From assembly GCF_963921235.1 (NCBI RefSeq), contig NC_086097.1:53384001-53448000 (forward strand): a stretch of 64,000 nt of DNA, in the 5' to 3' direction. Below are positions 12,629-26,079 of this stretch, in pieces. Each line of letters opens with the position of its first letter. The stretch's first letter is position 1. The notes beneath the pieces are model-generated. The model ran no database searches, was not told the origin of the DNA, and saw only the letters and a list, made by a program, of their open reading frames with translations. The DNA is from Mobula hypostoma. Taxonomy: Eukaryota. Made by a program: the position numbers and the translations under genes.

Positions 12629-13539
12629 TAATGTACAGTGAAAAAGCCTGCATTGAGGTAGTACAAGGTAAAACAATTGCAGAAAGCAGAGTGAAGTGCA
12701 ACAGGTACAGAGAAATTGCAGTCAGGGACACAAGGTACAAGATAATAAAGTAGATTGTAAGACAAAGACTCTATCTTATCGTACTGAGGAGCCAATTCAG
12801 TCGTCATAACAGAGGGGTAGGTGTTCTAGAGCCAGGTGGTACCTGCTTTCGAGCTTTTGCATCTTATGCCTGATTGGAGAAGAATGTTCAAGATAGGTGG
12901 GGATTTTGATTACTTTGCTGCTTTACTGAAGCAGTGAGGAGTATAAACAGAGCCCACAGAGGGCAGCCGGTTTCCATGATCTGCTGAGTTGTGTTCACAA
13001 CTCTCTGTGGTTTTTTTGCGATTACTGGTCGAGCAGTTGCCTTACCAAGCTGTGAAGCACCCAGATAGGACGCTTTCTATGGTGCATCGACAAAAATTAG
13101 TAACAGTGGATGGGGACGTTGAATTTCTCAAAATTCTTAACCAAACAGAACCATTGACGAGGTTTTATGCCGGTTGATGTTAATATGGTTGGAGCAGGAC
13201 AGACTATTTGTGATGTTCACTCCAAGGAACTTGGAGTCTCATTCTCAGCCTTTCCCTGACCTTCCTGAAATTCAATTGTTTTCATGGGTCAAAGTTCAAA
13301 GTAAATTTATTACCAAAGTACATATATGTCACATATACAACCCTGAGATTCTTGTGGGCATACTCAATAAATCCACAAAATAATAATCATAATAGAATCA
13401 CTGGAAGACTGCACCAAATGGGGGATTCAACCAGTGTGCAAAAGACAATGAACTGTGCAAATACACAAAGAAAGAAACAATCATCATCTATCTCTGATCA
13501 TGTGCTGTCGTGTCGTATGACATGGACGATCAGTGGTGG

Positions 13540-14210
13540 GGGAGAGCTTTATCCGTGATGGACTGGGCTGCATCCACTACTTTTTGTAGGATTTTCTGGT
13601 TTCCTCCTCCTGAACTCAATAATCAGCTTCTTGGTCTTGCTGATACTGAGTGAGAGGGCACCATTCAAGCAAATTTTCACTCTTCCTTCTATATGCTGAT
13701 TTGTTATTGCCTTTGATTTGGCTTAAGGCAGGGGTGTCATCAACAAACTTGAATATGGCATTAGAGCTGTGCTTAGCCATACAGTCATAAGTGTAAAATG
13801 AGTAAGGCAAGGGCTAAGTACACAGTCTTAAGGTGCACTTGTGCCCACGGAAATTATGGAGGAGATGTTGTTGCTAATCCGAACTCTCTGAGGTCTGCAA
13901 GTAAGGAAATCAAGGATCCAATTGTACAAGGAGGTACTGAGGCCAAGGTCTTGAAGATTATTGATAGTTTTGTAGGGATGATAGTATTGAATGCTGAGCA
14001 GTAATTGATAAAAAACATTCTGATATATGCATCATTGCTGTCCAGATGTTCCAAGGTTGAGTGAAGAGCCAATGAGATGATGTCTGTTGCCGACCTGTCG
14101 CGCTGGTAGGCAAATTGGAATGGATCTAAGTCACCTCTCAGTCAGGAGTTGATATGTTTCATCAACAACTTCTCAAAACACTTCATCACTGAGGATGTAA
14201 GTACAACTGG
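13540..14210 (-). mobile_element. Rex1/Babar LINE RT fragment
   Basis: Minus-strand ALHSTLEHLD..YIRMFFINYCSAFNTII and YTYDC..IFKFVDDT motifs. Confidence 0.8.
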
Positions 14211-14213
14211 ACT

Positions 14214-14625
14214 ACAGAGCATGATTTATGAGAAAAGATTGAGTGAGCTAGGGTTTTTCTCTTTGGACCAAAGGAGAATGAGAGGTTACTTGATAGAGGT
14301 GTACAAGATAAATAGGAGGTGTAGATAGAGTGTACAAAGACTTATTCACAGAGCAAAATGGCTAATACAAGGGGGCATAAAGGAGGAAAGTATGGGGGAA
14401 TGTCAGAGATAGGGTTTCCTTTTGCAGAGAGAGGTGATTGCATGGAATGTGCTGCCAGGGTGGTGGTAGAGGCAGATACGGTAGGGACATTTAAGAGACT
14501 CTTAGATAGGCACAAGCATGTAAGAAAAATGGAAGGTCACATAGGAGAGAAGGGTTAGGTTGATCAAGGAGTAGGCTAAAGGGTCAGCACAACATCATGA
14601 GCTGAAGGGCCTGCACTGTTCTATC
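14214..14625 (+). mobile_element. CR1 LINE 3' fragment
   Basis: ELGFFSLDQRRMRGYLIEVYK, VVEADTVGTFKRLLDR and a CR1 3' UTR. Confidence 0.8.
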
Positions 14626-15923
14626 TCCCCGGCAGCAGTGATCCCCATCTCTTATATGGTCTGACACATGAACCATACATCAGGCAAGTAAAGATACTGG
14701 AATAATGCTACCAGTTCTGTCTCCACAAAATCCATCAAGCTTACTGGATGGATAGGTGAGTCAACTTCCATGTTCTTATATTAAGATGCATTGCCATAAA
14801 CATGTGCTTAGATAACACAAGTTCAAACTTTCAGACACTTTAATTTTGTCGATTTCCTTCTATATAGAGAGCCAACCAGTTCAATATAAATCCTAAAACA
14901 AAGATTCCTTGCATCAAGTGTAAAACTAGAATTTAATGTTATGCTAATTTATGATCATGAATTGATAATTAAAGTGTAATTGCTACTAGTGACAGTTAAA
15001 GCAAGAATACTACTAATTGATACCGTAACCTAGGCACTTTCGACCCAGAGGATCAACTCATGTGAATAGTCTTCTTGACAACAATTTCAGGTTGAAGAAG
15101 AGGAACTAATTTGTTGAGAGCTGGGTTAGGAAGCCATTTAACATAGTGCGTGAAAGTTAACACCATTAAGCATACATGTCTTCAGTACACCCCAATCCAG
15201 CACAGTACACAAAGATTGCAATGATTTGTGAATTGGTCTTTTTTTTTAAAATGGCAAATCAATGGATTAATATAAATTTCTAAAGAAATTCAAGAATTTC
15301 TCATCTCTACTTTCAGATTTATAAAATTATTGAACTACAAACTTGTTATATTTCTACCATTGTCCTAGGGCTTTGAGTGGCAAGGGAGCTTTAGCTGAGA
15401 AACCAGTAAACTAAATTAGTGAATCAAGAGAAGCCGGCCAAATTACTGGCCCAATAGGGTAATGAAGTCTGGAAGTCTGCAATCCATTTGTTTGCACTGG
15501 TGGGGGGGGGGGGGGGAGAGAAACAAACTGGAAAGGATGTTAGGACATAGAGATTATGATTTTCCTATTTCTTAACAATATTTTGTCAGTTAATAAAACA
15601 AGGCAAGAAAGTAAAGTTATTTTTGGTTAAAAATCAATGCGGGTTATATAAAGCCACATTAAAAAAAGAAAATAAATTCTATTTCACTAGTGGATTATAC
15701 TAAGCTACAATTCACATTTGTTGCCCTGTGTGGCTTTTAAAGTTTTACAGAAAACGTCTAACCTCATGGAATATTCAAAGGTCAGGACAACAACTTAAAT
15801 ACAGTAATTTATAAAGATTGAATGATTTGTATAGTCAAATAGCAAGCATAAATGAAAAATCTCTCTCCATTTCCTTCAGAATGGATTATGAAACAGGAAA
15901 TAGGATTATAGGCTTTGCCTTAC

Positions 15924-16097
15924 CATCTTTACTGTCCATAGATTTAGCTACATCCAGCTCAAATATATCCTGGATCTGTTGACCCCTAAATCGCTTTAGG
16001 TGTTCAGCTTCTATCAGATCACTGTCTTCCTCTTCCAAAGGCTGCCAGGTACCATCAATAAACCATTGGCCACGCATGACTAAAATTTTATCTGGTT
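15924..16097 (-). CDS. DDHD1: DDHD1 coding exon 2
   Basis: tttgtAG acceptor at 16099-16098 and GTAAGG donor at 15923; 174 nt, phase 1-1; encodes (Q)PDKILVMRGQWFIDGTWQPLEEEDSDLIEAEHLKRFRGQQIQDIFELDVAKSMDSKD, in frame with exon 1. Confidence 0.96.
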
Positions 16098-17194
16098 CTA
16101 CAAAATCAAACAGTACAGATATAATTAATAAAAATTTCAATAGAAACATGGTCAACAAAGTTAAAGAAAAAAAGATACAAATTTTGCATGCCACAAAACA
16201 AACTTAACATTTTTTTTCCTTAGTTGTACCGGAACAAGCTGCAAATTATTACAGATGTCTTTACATGGCTGTTTGATCTGAATGACATCTCCTTGATTTC
16301 CTGCATCTTTCATGCTAAAAGGACAATGGAAGAAAGAAAAGTAAAAAAGGAAAGCGATCGAAGGGGAATCACCAACCAAACTGCACTGTGTATTTCAAAA
16401 AATAGCAGAATAGTCAGTACAAATAACCTTTCTGTTCTAATCATTCCATTTTGATTTTAATGTGTTTGTAATATTTCCACAAACTATAGCAAGAGGCCTA
16501 AAGCTGCACTGCTTCAATTTATCATTAAAATTTCTTCCTATGTTCATGACAAGGTATATTATTTTAAATATAAGGGTAAGAAATGACTTTTCCATATATA
16601 AAAGTGCAAACTGGCGATCCTTTGAAGAATAATCTTCCAAAACATTGTTTCCTGATAAGAGGATTTTAAACTATATATACCATGTGTGGATGAGCTATCT
16701 TTCATCAACCAATGCAAAAAATGTCATCTTCAGATCTTTTCCTCAATATGTAGCATGGGGAAATTTGAAAGAGTGAGCTTCAGAACTCAGTTTGCAGATG
16801 CTTTGTAATGAACAGTATGCTGTAAGATTCTGCATCTTGGTACATGTGACAATAATAAACGAATGCCCATATTGTCTTTTACAGTAGAATTTTAAATTTT
16901 GGTGGAGAAAGATCAGTAACAGAGAAATGCAAAGAAACTCACAATACTGTATTATAAAGTGCATTAAAGGAGTATACAAATACTCAAAAATTGTGAATAT
17001 TAAAAATCACAAAGACGCAAGTAAAACAATCACTAAATTTGGAATCAAATTGAGGCTGACGAAATACTTGCAAAAATTACATATTAATGGCAAAGACAGA
17101 AAAGGAATTAGCAGCAGGAGCAACATAACAAAAAAAAATGTGAATGTTCCAAATAGGAGAAGTAAATAAGTAGTGCAAAAAGACAGCAAAAAGA

Positions 17195-18480
17195 AAAGTA
17201 CATGGGTTCATTGTCCATACAGAAACCCGATTGCAGTGGGGAGGAAGCTATTTCTAAAATTTTGAGTGTGTGTGTCTTCAGGCCCTGTAGGTCCTCCTTG
17301 ACATAGCAATGAAAAGAGGGCATCTCTCGGGTGATGGAAGTCCTTGATGACAGACCTTGCCTTTTAGTAGCATCACCTTTCGAAGAGGTCTTTGATACTG
17401 GGGAGACTAGCACCCTTGATGGAGCTGGCTTAGTTTGCAACCTCCTGCAGCTTTTTCCAAGTCCTGTGCAGAGGCCCCTCCATGCCAGTCAGTGATCCAA
17501 CCAGTTAGAATGCTCTCTACGTTACATCTGTAAAAATTTGCAAGAGTCTTTGCTGACATACCAAGTCTCCTCAAACTCCTAATGAAATATAGCTGCTGTC
17601 GTGCCTTCTTTGTAATCCCATCAATATGCTGGGCCTAGGATAGTTCATCAGATATGCTGACACTCAGGAACTTGAAACTGCACACCCTTTCCACTACTGA
17701 TCTCTTAATAAGGACTGCTGTGTGTTCCCTTGACTTCCCCGTTCTGAAGTCCACAATCAATTCCTTGGTCTTACTGATGTTGAGGGCAAGGTTGTTGTTG
17801 CAATACCATTCAACCAGCTGATCAATCTCACTCCTGTACGTTTCCCCGTTACCAAATGAAATCCCGGCAACAATAGATGGCAAATTTATATATGGCATTT
17901 GAGCTGTGGCAAGCCACACAGTTATGGGTGTAGAGAAAGTAGAGCAGTGAGCTAAGCACACATCCTTGAGGCTGATTCTCAGCAAGAGATGTTATTTTTG
18001 ATTTGCACCGATTGTGGTCTCCCGATGAGGAAGTTAAGGGTCCAGTTACAGAGGGAAGTACAGAGGACTAAGTTCTGGAACTTGTTGATTAGTACTGAGG
18101 GTATGGTGGTATTGAACACTGAGGTGTGACCAAAGAACAGCAGCCTGATGTTGGCATTGTTATTGACCAGGTAACCCAAGACAGAGTGGAGAGCCAGCGA
18201 GATTGCATCCACTTTAGACCTGTTGTGCCAATAGGCAAACTGTGAGGGTCCAGTTCCTTGCTTAGGCAGGAGTTGATTCCAGCCATGACCAACCTCTTGA
18301 ATCACTTCATCACAGTAGATGAGAGTTCCACTGGGCAATAGTCATTGAGGCAGCTCAGCCTGCTCTTCCTGGACCCTTTTTGAAGCAGATGGGAACCTTT
18401 GACAGCAGCAGTGAGAGGTGGAAGATGTCCTTGAACACTCCTGATAGTTGGTTGGCACAGGTTTTCAGTGCCCTACCAGG
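17195..18480 (-). mobile_element. Rex1/Babar LINE (RT region plus 3' end), degenerate
   Basis: Minus-strand ORFs with QFAY..DAISLALH, LCNWTLNFL, LALNISKTKELIVDFR and FKFL. Confidence 0.85.
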
Positions 18481-18684
18481 TACATCAAATCAATGGCTAT
18501 GATCTGTGCCAGTCTCTTTACATATTAACAAAATATTTACAAATTTATATTTTGCTTTTGAATATCTCGTTATTTATAGCAAAATGAGAATTTCTCCTTA
18601 GCCCAATTTGAAAGGGGTTCTGCGAGAAGACAATTAGATTTGCAAATTAATCAACCATGAATGAATAGTTATGTAAAAATGTGT

Positions 18685-19270
18685 GAAACATAGAAACACA
18701 AATCTACAGCACATTACAGGCCCTCCGGCCCACAATATTGTGCCGACCATGTAACCTTCTCTAGAAATTGCCTAGAATTTCCCTACCCTCTATTTTTCTA
18801 AGCTCCACTTACCTTTCTAAGAGACTCTTAAAAGACCCTATTGTATCTGCCTCTACCACTTTCGCTGGCAGTGCACTCTCTGTGTGAAAAACTTACCCCT
18901 GACATCCCCCTTGTAAAAGCCCCCTACTTCCAAGCACCTTAAAACTATGACTTCTCGTGTTAGCCATTTCAACCCTGGGAAAAAGCCTCTGGCTATCCAC
19001 GTGATCAATGCCTCTCATCACCTTATATACCTCTATCAAGTTACCTCTCACCATCCGTTGCTCCAAGGAGAAAAAGCCAAATTCACTCAAACTATTCTCA
19101 TAAAACATGCTCTCCAATCCAGGCAACATCCTTGTAAATCTCCTCTGCACTCTCTCTATAGTATCCACGTCCTTTCTGTAATGAGGTGACCCCAAGATCT
19201 CACTGATTCTCCACACTGCCAAGAGTCTTACTATTAATATTATATTCTGTCTTCAAATATGACCTACCGA
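18685..19270 (-). mobile_element. CR1 LINE 3' fragment
   Basis: SPHYRKDVDTIERVQRRFTRMLPGL; tttctatg-type tail at the left end (gaaacatagaaac). Confidence 0.85.
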
Positions 19271-20124
19271 AATGAACCACTATTGAGAAATACCTTGCTA
19301 AAATAGAAAAGCTTTCAATATAGTTTGATATTTAAGAAATTTTCCTTCTTTCCTTTTTACTTCCAAAAACAATTTCTAAGACGGTTGGGTACACAGATAG
19401 GAATGGTTTCAAAGTGAGACAAGAATGGATAAGCATTTGGTCAGCATGGAACAGATGGGCCAAAGGGGCAGCTCCCATGCTGTCTGACTGAAATAAATTC
19501 AGACATTGGTAACAAATGCACATTTACTTTTGTTAAGTTGCAGTATCCATCTGGTGAATGAGAATTAAACTTGCCATTAAAAGGTCTTAATCTTCACCTT
19601 TTCATGTGCATACCAGTTTAACAAAAAATATAGATTACTACCAATCCCAGCGCCAGTGTAAACTAACTTTTATATGTGTGGGTACTCTTGAAGTATTGTT
19701 CTTGAACACTTTTAAAATGCCATTTCTGACTGTACTTTATAAAATAAACTTTCACTGAATATGCATTTCCTTCTATGCTAACTTGACTTTGAATTAATAA
19801 CATTCATACACCGTTATTTCTCAGTCATTATGCTCAACTTTTTTTATGCTCTAACAGTGAAAATGGATTCTGCTTTCCCCACACCCCAGAAGATTAAACT
19901 AACACACGTTTGGTAAAAAACAGGACAAGAAAATTTGGTACAATTTTTCTTATTTGCCTTAAAGTTAGAAATCCAAGGTGAGCTAGTTAATTGGATTGAA
20001 AGTTGGCTTGGAAGCAGGGAGTAGTGGTGGAAGGATAATTTTCTGATTAAAAGCCCATGACCAGTGGTTAACATAAAAATTATTGCTGGTTCCTTTACTC
20101 ATTGTAAAACTTATGAGTCTTTCC

Positions 20125-22953
20125 CAACCAGAAGCCCTGAATGAACCAAGCGATCTGTAATCTGCTAAGGGCCATATTAGTGGCGTTCAGGTCTAGCGAC
20201 CAAATCAAAAACAAGAGGTCCAGAGCTTTGACCTCTGGAAAGCCATTTCACATGCAGAGTGGCATGGAATCACAGAAAGATGCTCGATATTGTGACAAGG
20301 CCGAATGCCATCTTTTCCTATGAAGTAAAACCAAGAGACATACATGAAAACAGGTTTTCATTCCTGGATGAGCTCAATGCCTTTTATGCTTGCTTTGCCC
20401 AACAAAACATGGAGGCACCTTCATGAACTCCCACAGCTCCTGAGTACCCTGTAATTTCAGTCTCTGAGGCTGATGTGAGAGCATCCTTCGGGAGGGTGAA
20501 CTCATGGAAAACATCTGGTCCAGATAGGGTACCAGGTCGAGTATTAAAGACCTCTGTTGATCATCTGGTTGGAGTGTGCACTGATATCTACAACCTCTCA
20601 CTTCAGCAGTCTGAAGTACCCACCTGCTTCAAGCAGGTCTCAATTATACTCGCACCCAAGGAGGTAGTAAACTGTCTCAATGACTATCGTCCAATTACAG
20701 TTACATCTACAGTGATGAAATGCTTTCAGAGGTTGGGGATAAAACATACCAACTCCTGCCTGAGGAATGGCTTTGATCTGCTCTTATTTGCCTATGATTA
20801 CAACAGGTCGACAGCAGATGCCATTTCATTAGCTCTTCACTCAACCTCGGAGCACCTCAGCAGTGAAGATGCCTACATCAGGATGCTCATCATTGACTAC
20901 AGCTCTGCATGCAACACCATCATCACCTCAAAATGTATCAATAAGCTTCAAGACCTTATAGGCCTCAGTACCACCTTGCGTAACTGGATCCCTGATTTCC
21001 TTACTTGCAGATACCAATCAGTTTGAATTGGCAACAACATCTCCTTCACAATCACCATCAGTACAGGTGCATCCGATGCTGTGTGTTTAGCCTCCTGCTC
21101 TACTCACTTTATACTTATGACTGTGAAGCTAAGAACATCTCCAATGCTATATTTAAGTTTGCTGATGACACCACTGTCTTAGGCTGAATCAAAGGTTGTG
21201 TGATAAGTCAGCATATAGGAGGGAGATTGAAAATCTAGCCAAGTATTGCCACGACAACAACCTCTTACTCAATGTCAGCAAAGTGAAAAAGCTCATTATT
21301 GAGCAGAGGAGGAGGAAATTGGAGGTCCGTGAGCCAGTCCTCATCAAGGGATCAGAGGTGGGAGATGCAATCATTTTTATCATTTCAGAGGATCTTTCTT
21401 GGGTCCATTACATAAGTGCAATTACAAAGAAAGGGCAGGAGCATCTGTATTTTCTTAGATGTTTGCAAAGATTCGGCATGTCATCTAAAACTTTTTGACA
21501 AACTTCTATAGTGGAGAGTATGTTGACTGGTTGCATCACAGCACGGTGTGGAAACACTAATGGCCTTAAACGGAAAATCCTACAAAAAGTAATGATACAG
21601 CCCAATCTATCATAGGTAAAGCCCTCCCACTGTTGAGCAGATCCATCTACAAGGAGCGCTGTCGTAGGAAAGCAGCACCCAAAGACCTCCACGCACCCTT
21701 TTCACTGCTACCATCAGGAAGAAGGTACAGGAGCCTCAGGACCCACACCATGAGGTTCAGGAACAGTTATTACCCCTAAACCATCAGGCTCTTGAAAGAG
21801 AGGGGATACCTTCACTCACCCCGTTACTAAACTGTTCCCACAACCTGTGGACTCACTTTCAAGGAGTGAAAGTGCTATTTACTGTTCTTTTTTTCTTCTG
21901 TATTTGCACCATTTGTTATCTTTTGCACGTTAGTTGTTTGCCTGTCTTGTTGTGTGTGGTGTTTCATTGATTATATTGTGTTTCTATGTATTTACTGTGG
22001 ATTTCCTGGAAGAAAAAGAATCTCAGGGTAGTGTGACAAGAATACACATAGATTAAGATGTTAGCTGTCCTGTGTGATCAGCAGTTGGTCTGCCACCTGT
22101 CTTCAGGAGAGAGAGAGAGATAAGGAAAACAATGGAGCAGCATTTGGAGATGTGTAATGAAGGGACGGGGGGGGGGGGGGGGAGAGAGAGAGTAACAGAA
22201 GGCGGGAGCTGTCGAGAGCGGCTCCCCCTTTGAACCCTGAACTGTCTGAAGTGATGGACAGGCGATACCCCAGCAGGGGGATAAAAAGGGACAGGTTCGC
22301 TAAGGCAGGACACACACGACACCCGAGGTAACAAGACCCTGGAAGCGGTGCGTCTCTCACAAGTCGGTGGAAAATACTGGGCCATAAATGCACAGGGTGG
22401 AAAGGCACGATTGGCGGGAACCTGGTGTGTGTCCACCCTTGCCTGGGTGCCAGGTTCAGTGCAGGGAAACAATCGTATCTGGAAACGGAGGGGTCACGGT
22501 CGGTGACCTCAGATGACATCACAAAGGACTCGCCCGACAGCTGACTGCGAAGGTCTGTGTGTGGAAGCCGTTTGAATATTCATTCGTTTTTGCTCTCTCT
22601 CTCCTTCCCCCACACTGTCCAACTCCCACGGCAGCGATTACTGCGAACTGAACTGAACCTTGCGTCACTTTGAAACTGGTCATTTGCCCCTAGACAACGA
22701 TAGAGCTTGATTGATCCTGTTATCTGAATTCTCTGTACATGTATGTTTATCATTGCCGAACTGTTGCATTCATTATCCTTTTGGTTAGAGTACTGTGTTG
22801 CTTGTTTCTTTAATAAAACTTTCTTAGTTCTAGTAATCCAGACTCCAACTGAGTGATCCATTTCTGCTGGTTTGGCAACCCAGTTACGGGGTACGCAACA
22901 GTAGTATGTAGTGACATACATGTACTTCGTTAATAAATTTATCTTGAACTTTC
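20125..22953 (+). mobile_element. Rex1/Babar LINE (degenerate, about 2 kb) with a solo LTR in its 3' UTR
   Basis: ORFs with GPDRVPGRVLK, NDYRPI, IDYSSACNTI and FKFADDTT; the 3' UTR resumes after 22904 (tatgtagtgacatacatgtactt..aataaa). Confidence 0.87.
22032..22900 (+). mobile_element. Solo LTR (869 bp)
   Basis: TG...CA termini (TGTGACA...GCAACA); 4-bp TSD GTAG at 22028-22031 and 22901-22904; TATA-like gataaaaa near 22280; AATAAA near 22812; many CpGs retained. Confidence 0.88.
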
Positions 22954-22989
22954 AACCTTGAACATTAATGACTTGGATGTGAATGTAGG

Positions 22990-23792
22990 AGGAATGACAC
23001 AGAAACTGGTGAAGTTGTGGATAGAAAGGAAGTTGTCTAAGGCTACAGCAGGATACAGCCTTGTAGTTGGAAAGCTGGATGGAATATTGGTAGATGGGAT
23101 TTAATCCCAACAAGTACAAAGTGATCGACGTTGGAAAGACAAATAAGGGTATGGCACATGTCATTAATGGCAGGCCACTCAGTCATGTTGATGTACAGAG
23201 GGATCCAGGAGTCCTAAGTTCATTTTTGCCTAAAAATGGCTGCACAGGAAGAGAGGGTGATGAAGAAATACTAACCTTAAAAGAGCAGGGCATAGAACTT
23301 AAAGAGTTGTAACTTTACAAACACACTGATTACACCGTACTTAGAGTTTTCTGTGCAGTTGTAGTCGACACACTACATGAAGAGTGTGACTGCAGGAAGT
23401 TCCAAGGTGATTGACAGGATGGAGAGGGATTAGATTGGCTATGCTCATTTTCCCTGTAGTGAATGAGATTGAAGGGTGACTGATAAAAATGTATAAGATT
23501 ATGAGAGGTATAAATAGGCAAGATAGTTTTAAACATAAGGTAGGAGATCTAAATGGAATGAGGGATAATTTTCTTTCTCTTCTTCCACTCCCCCCCCCCC
23601 ACCCCATATAGACTAGTTGGTATTTGGATTGTGCTGCCACTGGAAATAATTGCTAAGTTTAAGAGGCATTTAGTCAGACACTTGAATAGGCAAAGCATTG
23701 GAGGATGCAGGGCAAATGGGATGAGTGTAGATGGCCAAACAGATCTACACTGCCATAGTGGGCTAAAAGGCCCATTTCTATGCTGTACAACT
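22990..23792 (+). mobile_element. Degraded CR1 LINE 3' part
   Basis: MGFNPNKYKVI, VQRDPGV, FKRHLVRHLN and a CR1 3' UTR. Confidence 0.7.
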
Positions 23793-23851
23793 CTAAACCC
23801 TGAAATGATAAATAACAAGATATAATAAAAAACATACAGTATAAATTCACA

Positions 23852-23976
23852 CAAACAACAGGAATTCTGCAGATGCTGGAAATTCAAGCAACACACATCA
23901 AAGTTGCTGGTGAACGCAGCAGGCCAAGCAGCTGCTTAGCCTGCTGCGTTCACCAGCAATTTTGATGTGTGTTGCT
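23852..23976. mobile_element. Penelope-type pLTR-derived fold-back insertion
   Basis: 14-bp TSD AGTATAAATTCACA (23838-23851, 23977-23990); 90-bp spacerless palindrome at 23887-23976 with 2 mismatches. Confidence 0.85.
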
Positions 23977-25972
23977 AGTATAAATTCACAATTAGGAGGA
24001 AAATTACTCCAAAACAGCAATTCAAGAAGAAATGCTTCCGCCAAACTTGGGTTGTATCAAAAATGAGCCTCTGCAGAATTATGAAATGTGATTTTACAAT
24101 GACTCATTGAATGAATTTTTCAGCCGACACCAATATTGCAACCTTCACTTGACACCAATTTTGTACAGCACAATAAAATGAATGAAATAATTTTGAAAGC
24201 ATTATAAGGCTGTAACAAAAGTAGCAATTTCCAAAAGCCTCAATGAATTTACAGCCAGAGTTACAAGCAATTTTGAACACCATGCACTGCTGTTAGACTC
24301 TTAACAGTTACTACATCAAAGGCATTACCACAGCATAAATGGGTTGATTAACGAGTCAAAAGAGCAAACAAAAATCTGATGCGCTTCCACAGGAGTCTTC
24401 AGCACACTTACTAAAATGTGTTAACACTTATTTACATTTAAAATGGGATGATAATTTAAATATTAAGGGTATTGAAAGGTTATCTACTGTGCCAAATAAA
24501 TCACCATTAATATCTGACCTGCAAGCACACTGATGTTACAGAGACCAGTTTGGGGCGAGCCATTCTGTTTAAATAGCTGTACAGTATACTGGATGACAAC
24601 AATTTTACCATGCATATGCTTCAATTATTTATTTAACTGTTGCAAATTTCTTCTGCTGAATGTAGTCATTGAAGCATGACACCATCTCATGGATGCATTA
24701 CTTTGTCTACCTCTTTACTAATTTTAACAAATGTTATACAGGACAATGAACATTGCAAAACCAGTTACATAGTGCAGCTGTTGTGGGGCAGATAAAAACA
24801 ATCATTTGTATAAATTACAATGGATAGAATAACTCATATTGTATACACTGACAGTGACATTTTCAAAATTGTCATGTCTTCTGGCTCAAAATGAAAGAAA
24901 CAGTTCAATTCCCTATTAAAACAGAATGGAGTGCCTTCACATAGAAGACACTCCATTTTGTTAAACAAAAATAGTTTAAAAATTAGTTATTTACGTACTA
25001 ACACAATGTATTCATATTTTGCAATATTTAACAAATCATGAAAACAAAAATGGTTTTGAAGTCAGAAGTAAAAATCATTGAAGAACATTTACTCCATTGT
25101 CAGACAACAAGCATATTAAAGAAAAATTCTAGTTGCATCACGGCCAGTGTGCTTTTTTTAAAAAATACGACGCTCTCTTGGTTATCTTCATAGTGGTCCA
25201 TAATTTTCTTCAGATTCAGATTAATTGTGACTATACACACCCACATCAATTTCTCACTAATGGGTTTCCAGCATTATTTTCTATCTCTTATCTCTTACAC
25301 ATCTTATCCACCCTTAATCGTCTCCATTCTCATATTTCAACTCATCTGAAACATCTCTAACATGCACCCATCCTGACAATGGCAAAATCTTAATCTCCCC
25401 TGTAGATGGCAGGTGGCTTCTTATTCCCAAATTTGAAAGTATCTGGGATGGCTGTACAAAATCTTTAATCACAATTAAACTACCCCCTTCCCATCCACAT
25501 TTGCCATCTTAGTCTCCGTGTACAAGTACTGTACTTATGCATTTTAAGTCAGATTTCACACTAACAAGTAATGTATAATGGTGTCTTTTACCAATTATAC
25601 TTGATCTTCTTTAGATTCTGTTTTAAAAAGCATGGCAACAGCTGAAGGTGCAAATTTGGAATAGAATAGTAACAGAAGAAAAATTAATCTAGGATTTGAC
25701 TCAACAGGAAAAGCAAGAGTACATCTCATTTAATCAAGAGCAAATTAATTGATCATGGGCTTAGAATGGAATATAATGGTAAAATTCAAACATAAATAAA
25801 GAGGAAAAGGCTGGATTAAGAAACAGTGAGCAGAAAAAGATGGAAGGATAAGCTAGCCTGATGCCTTTGGTTGGAAAATTAATAGGCTTGCTTCCTGAAA
25901 ATGCCCATCCCTCTTCTTTTCCTGTGGCCACAATTACCAGTTGCAGCAGCATGGCTCCAATCAAGACCTGGC

Positions 25973-26079
25973 TGCCACGACCATCCTGCAAGAGGCATGA
26001 GCACTGATGCAGGACCAGGAAAAAGGTCGCGATGCCACGACCATCCTGCAAGTGTGAGCACTGGCTCAGGACCAGGAAA
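25973..26079. repeat. Two-copy tandem duplication, period 60 bp
   Basis: tgccacgaccatcctgcaag..tgagcactg..caggaccaggaaa starting at 25973 and 26033. Confidence 0.85.

Noticed and set aside
15886..16194. 102-aa ORF with a hydrophobic N-terminus resembling a signal peptide
   Set aside because: The hydrophobic part is the translated polypyrimidine tract of intron 1; only 15924-16097 is exon.
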